Below are positions 33,331 through 34,017 of a stretch of 34,017 bases of DNA, one piece after another; the stretch's first letter is position 1; every line of letters starts with the position of its first letter. A model generated the notes under the pieces. That model was not told the DNA's origin and searched no databases. It saw only the letters and a list, made by a program, of their open reading frames with translations. Position numbers and translations under genes: made by a program. Source of the DNA: Octopus bimaculoides. Its lineage: Eukaryota. The stretch covers positions 69,911,575 to 69,945,591 of the forward strand of contig NC_068981.1 of assembly GCF_001194135.2 (NCBI RefSeq), given 5' to 3'.

Positions 33331-33534
33331 TTAGTTAGAACATAACATACTCTACAAAACTTGATAGAATACGAATACGGCAATAGTATACAGTTTATAG
33401 TTTATATTGGCAGCAGTCATCGGCCAAATTTTTCCTTAAAGTTTCACGTCGAAAGTAATATGCGTGCCGATGGAAGTAGTTTGTGCAAGTAATTCGGCTA
33501 TGGCTGATTCAATAATAATGAGATTGAAGTGGAT

Positions 33535-33617
33535 GTTTACGATGATGACGATGATAATGATGATGGCAAATACTGCTACAACTTCTACTACCACTACACC
33601 TACTACAATTACGGCAG

Positions 33618-33671
<54 letters not shown>

Positions 33672-33696
33672 ATAATAATAATAATAATAATAATAA
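33535..33696. repeat. Compound (GAT)n/(ACT)n/(AAT)n microsatellite
   Basis: Directly visible. Confidence 0.95.
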
Positions 33697-34017
33697 CATA
33701 GAACGTCTTTATCTACCAAGAAAAGAGGGAGGCCGAGGACTTCTACAGCTAGCGTTATCAATGAAGGTAGCCATAATTGGCTTAGACACCTATCTGAAAA
33801 ACTCTGAGGACTGGATGCTAAAACTTGTCTCAAAACATGAAAGAAAGAAAGCATCTTACTCAGTAACAAAACAGGCAAACGACTATCTAAGTGAATTCCA
33901 ATTGCAACAAACTCAAGAATTAGACGAACTAGAAACACCTGCAGAAAAAGCTAAGCGCTTGAAAACCCATGCAAAAATTGCTGCCTTAGATATTATGACT
34001 GAAAAATGGCATGGAAA
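33695..34017 (+). mobile_element. 5'-truncated R4/Dong-like RLE LINE (post-RT region), continuing beyond the window
   Basis: NIERLYLPRKEGGRGL is the conserved post-RT motif. After one frameshift it reads NSEDWMLKLVSKHE...KAKRLK...MTEKWHG. It begins immediately after (AAT)n. Confidence 0.88.

Noticed and set aside
34-33938. Long ORFs in the supplied track with X runs or homopolymeric amino acids (for example 4746..5759, 6071..6583, 18990..19721, 24141..24839, 32426..33196)
   Set aside because: They are open only because of N-gaps or microsatellites. The non-repeat parts are either transposon fragments already listed or have no recognisable motif.
1-34017. CRISPR array, rRNA or bona fide tRNA genes
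   Set aside because: No regularly spaced repeat-spacer array and no rRNA-like sequence. The tRNA-like A/B boxes all belong to SINE heads.

Overview
AT-rich, microsatellite-dense eukaryotic scaffold with ten N-gaps. It is most likely an octopus/coleoid cephalopod; this is inferred from the SINE, LINE and Penelope families recognised, not proven. I cannot support an intact host protein-coding gene. Most supplied ORFs are microsatellite or N-gap artefacts. The window is a transposon graveyard: RLE (R4/Dong-like) LINE pieces in (AAT)n tracts, two Penelope-like elements (RT and/or GIY-YIG) at (TA)n tracts, L1/Tx1-like 3' ends, four decayed Tc1/mariner-superfamily elements, several tRNA-derived SINEs and two MITE-like foldbacks. 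The most notable signal is a non-coding 1.4 kb module (about 15480-16920) of nested inverted repeats. It carries two well-formed minimal type I hammerhead ribozymes, both with the compensatory U3-A8 core variant (UUGANAA instead of CUGANGA), which suggests a non-autonomous Penelope-dependent or retrozyme-like RNA system.
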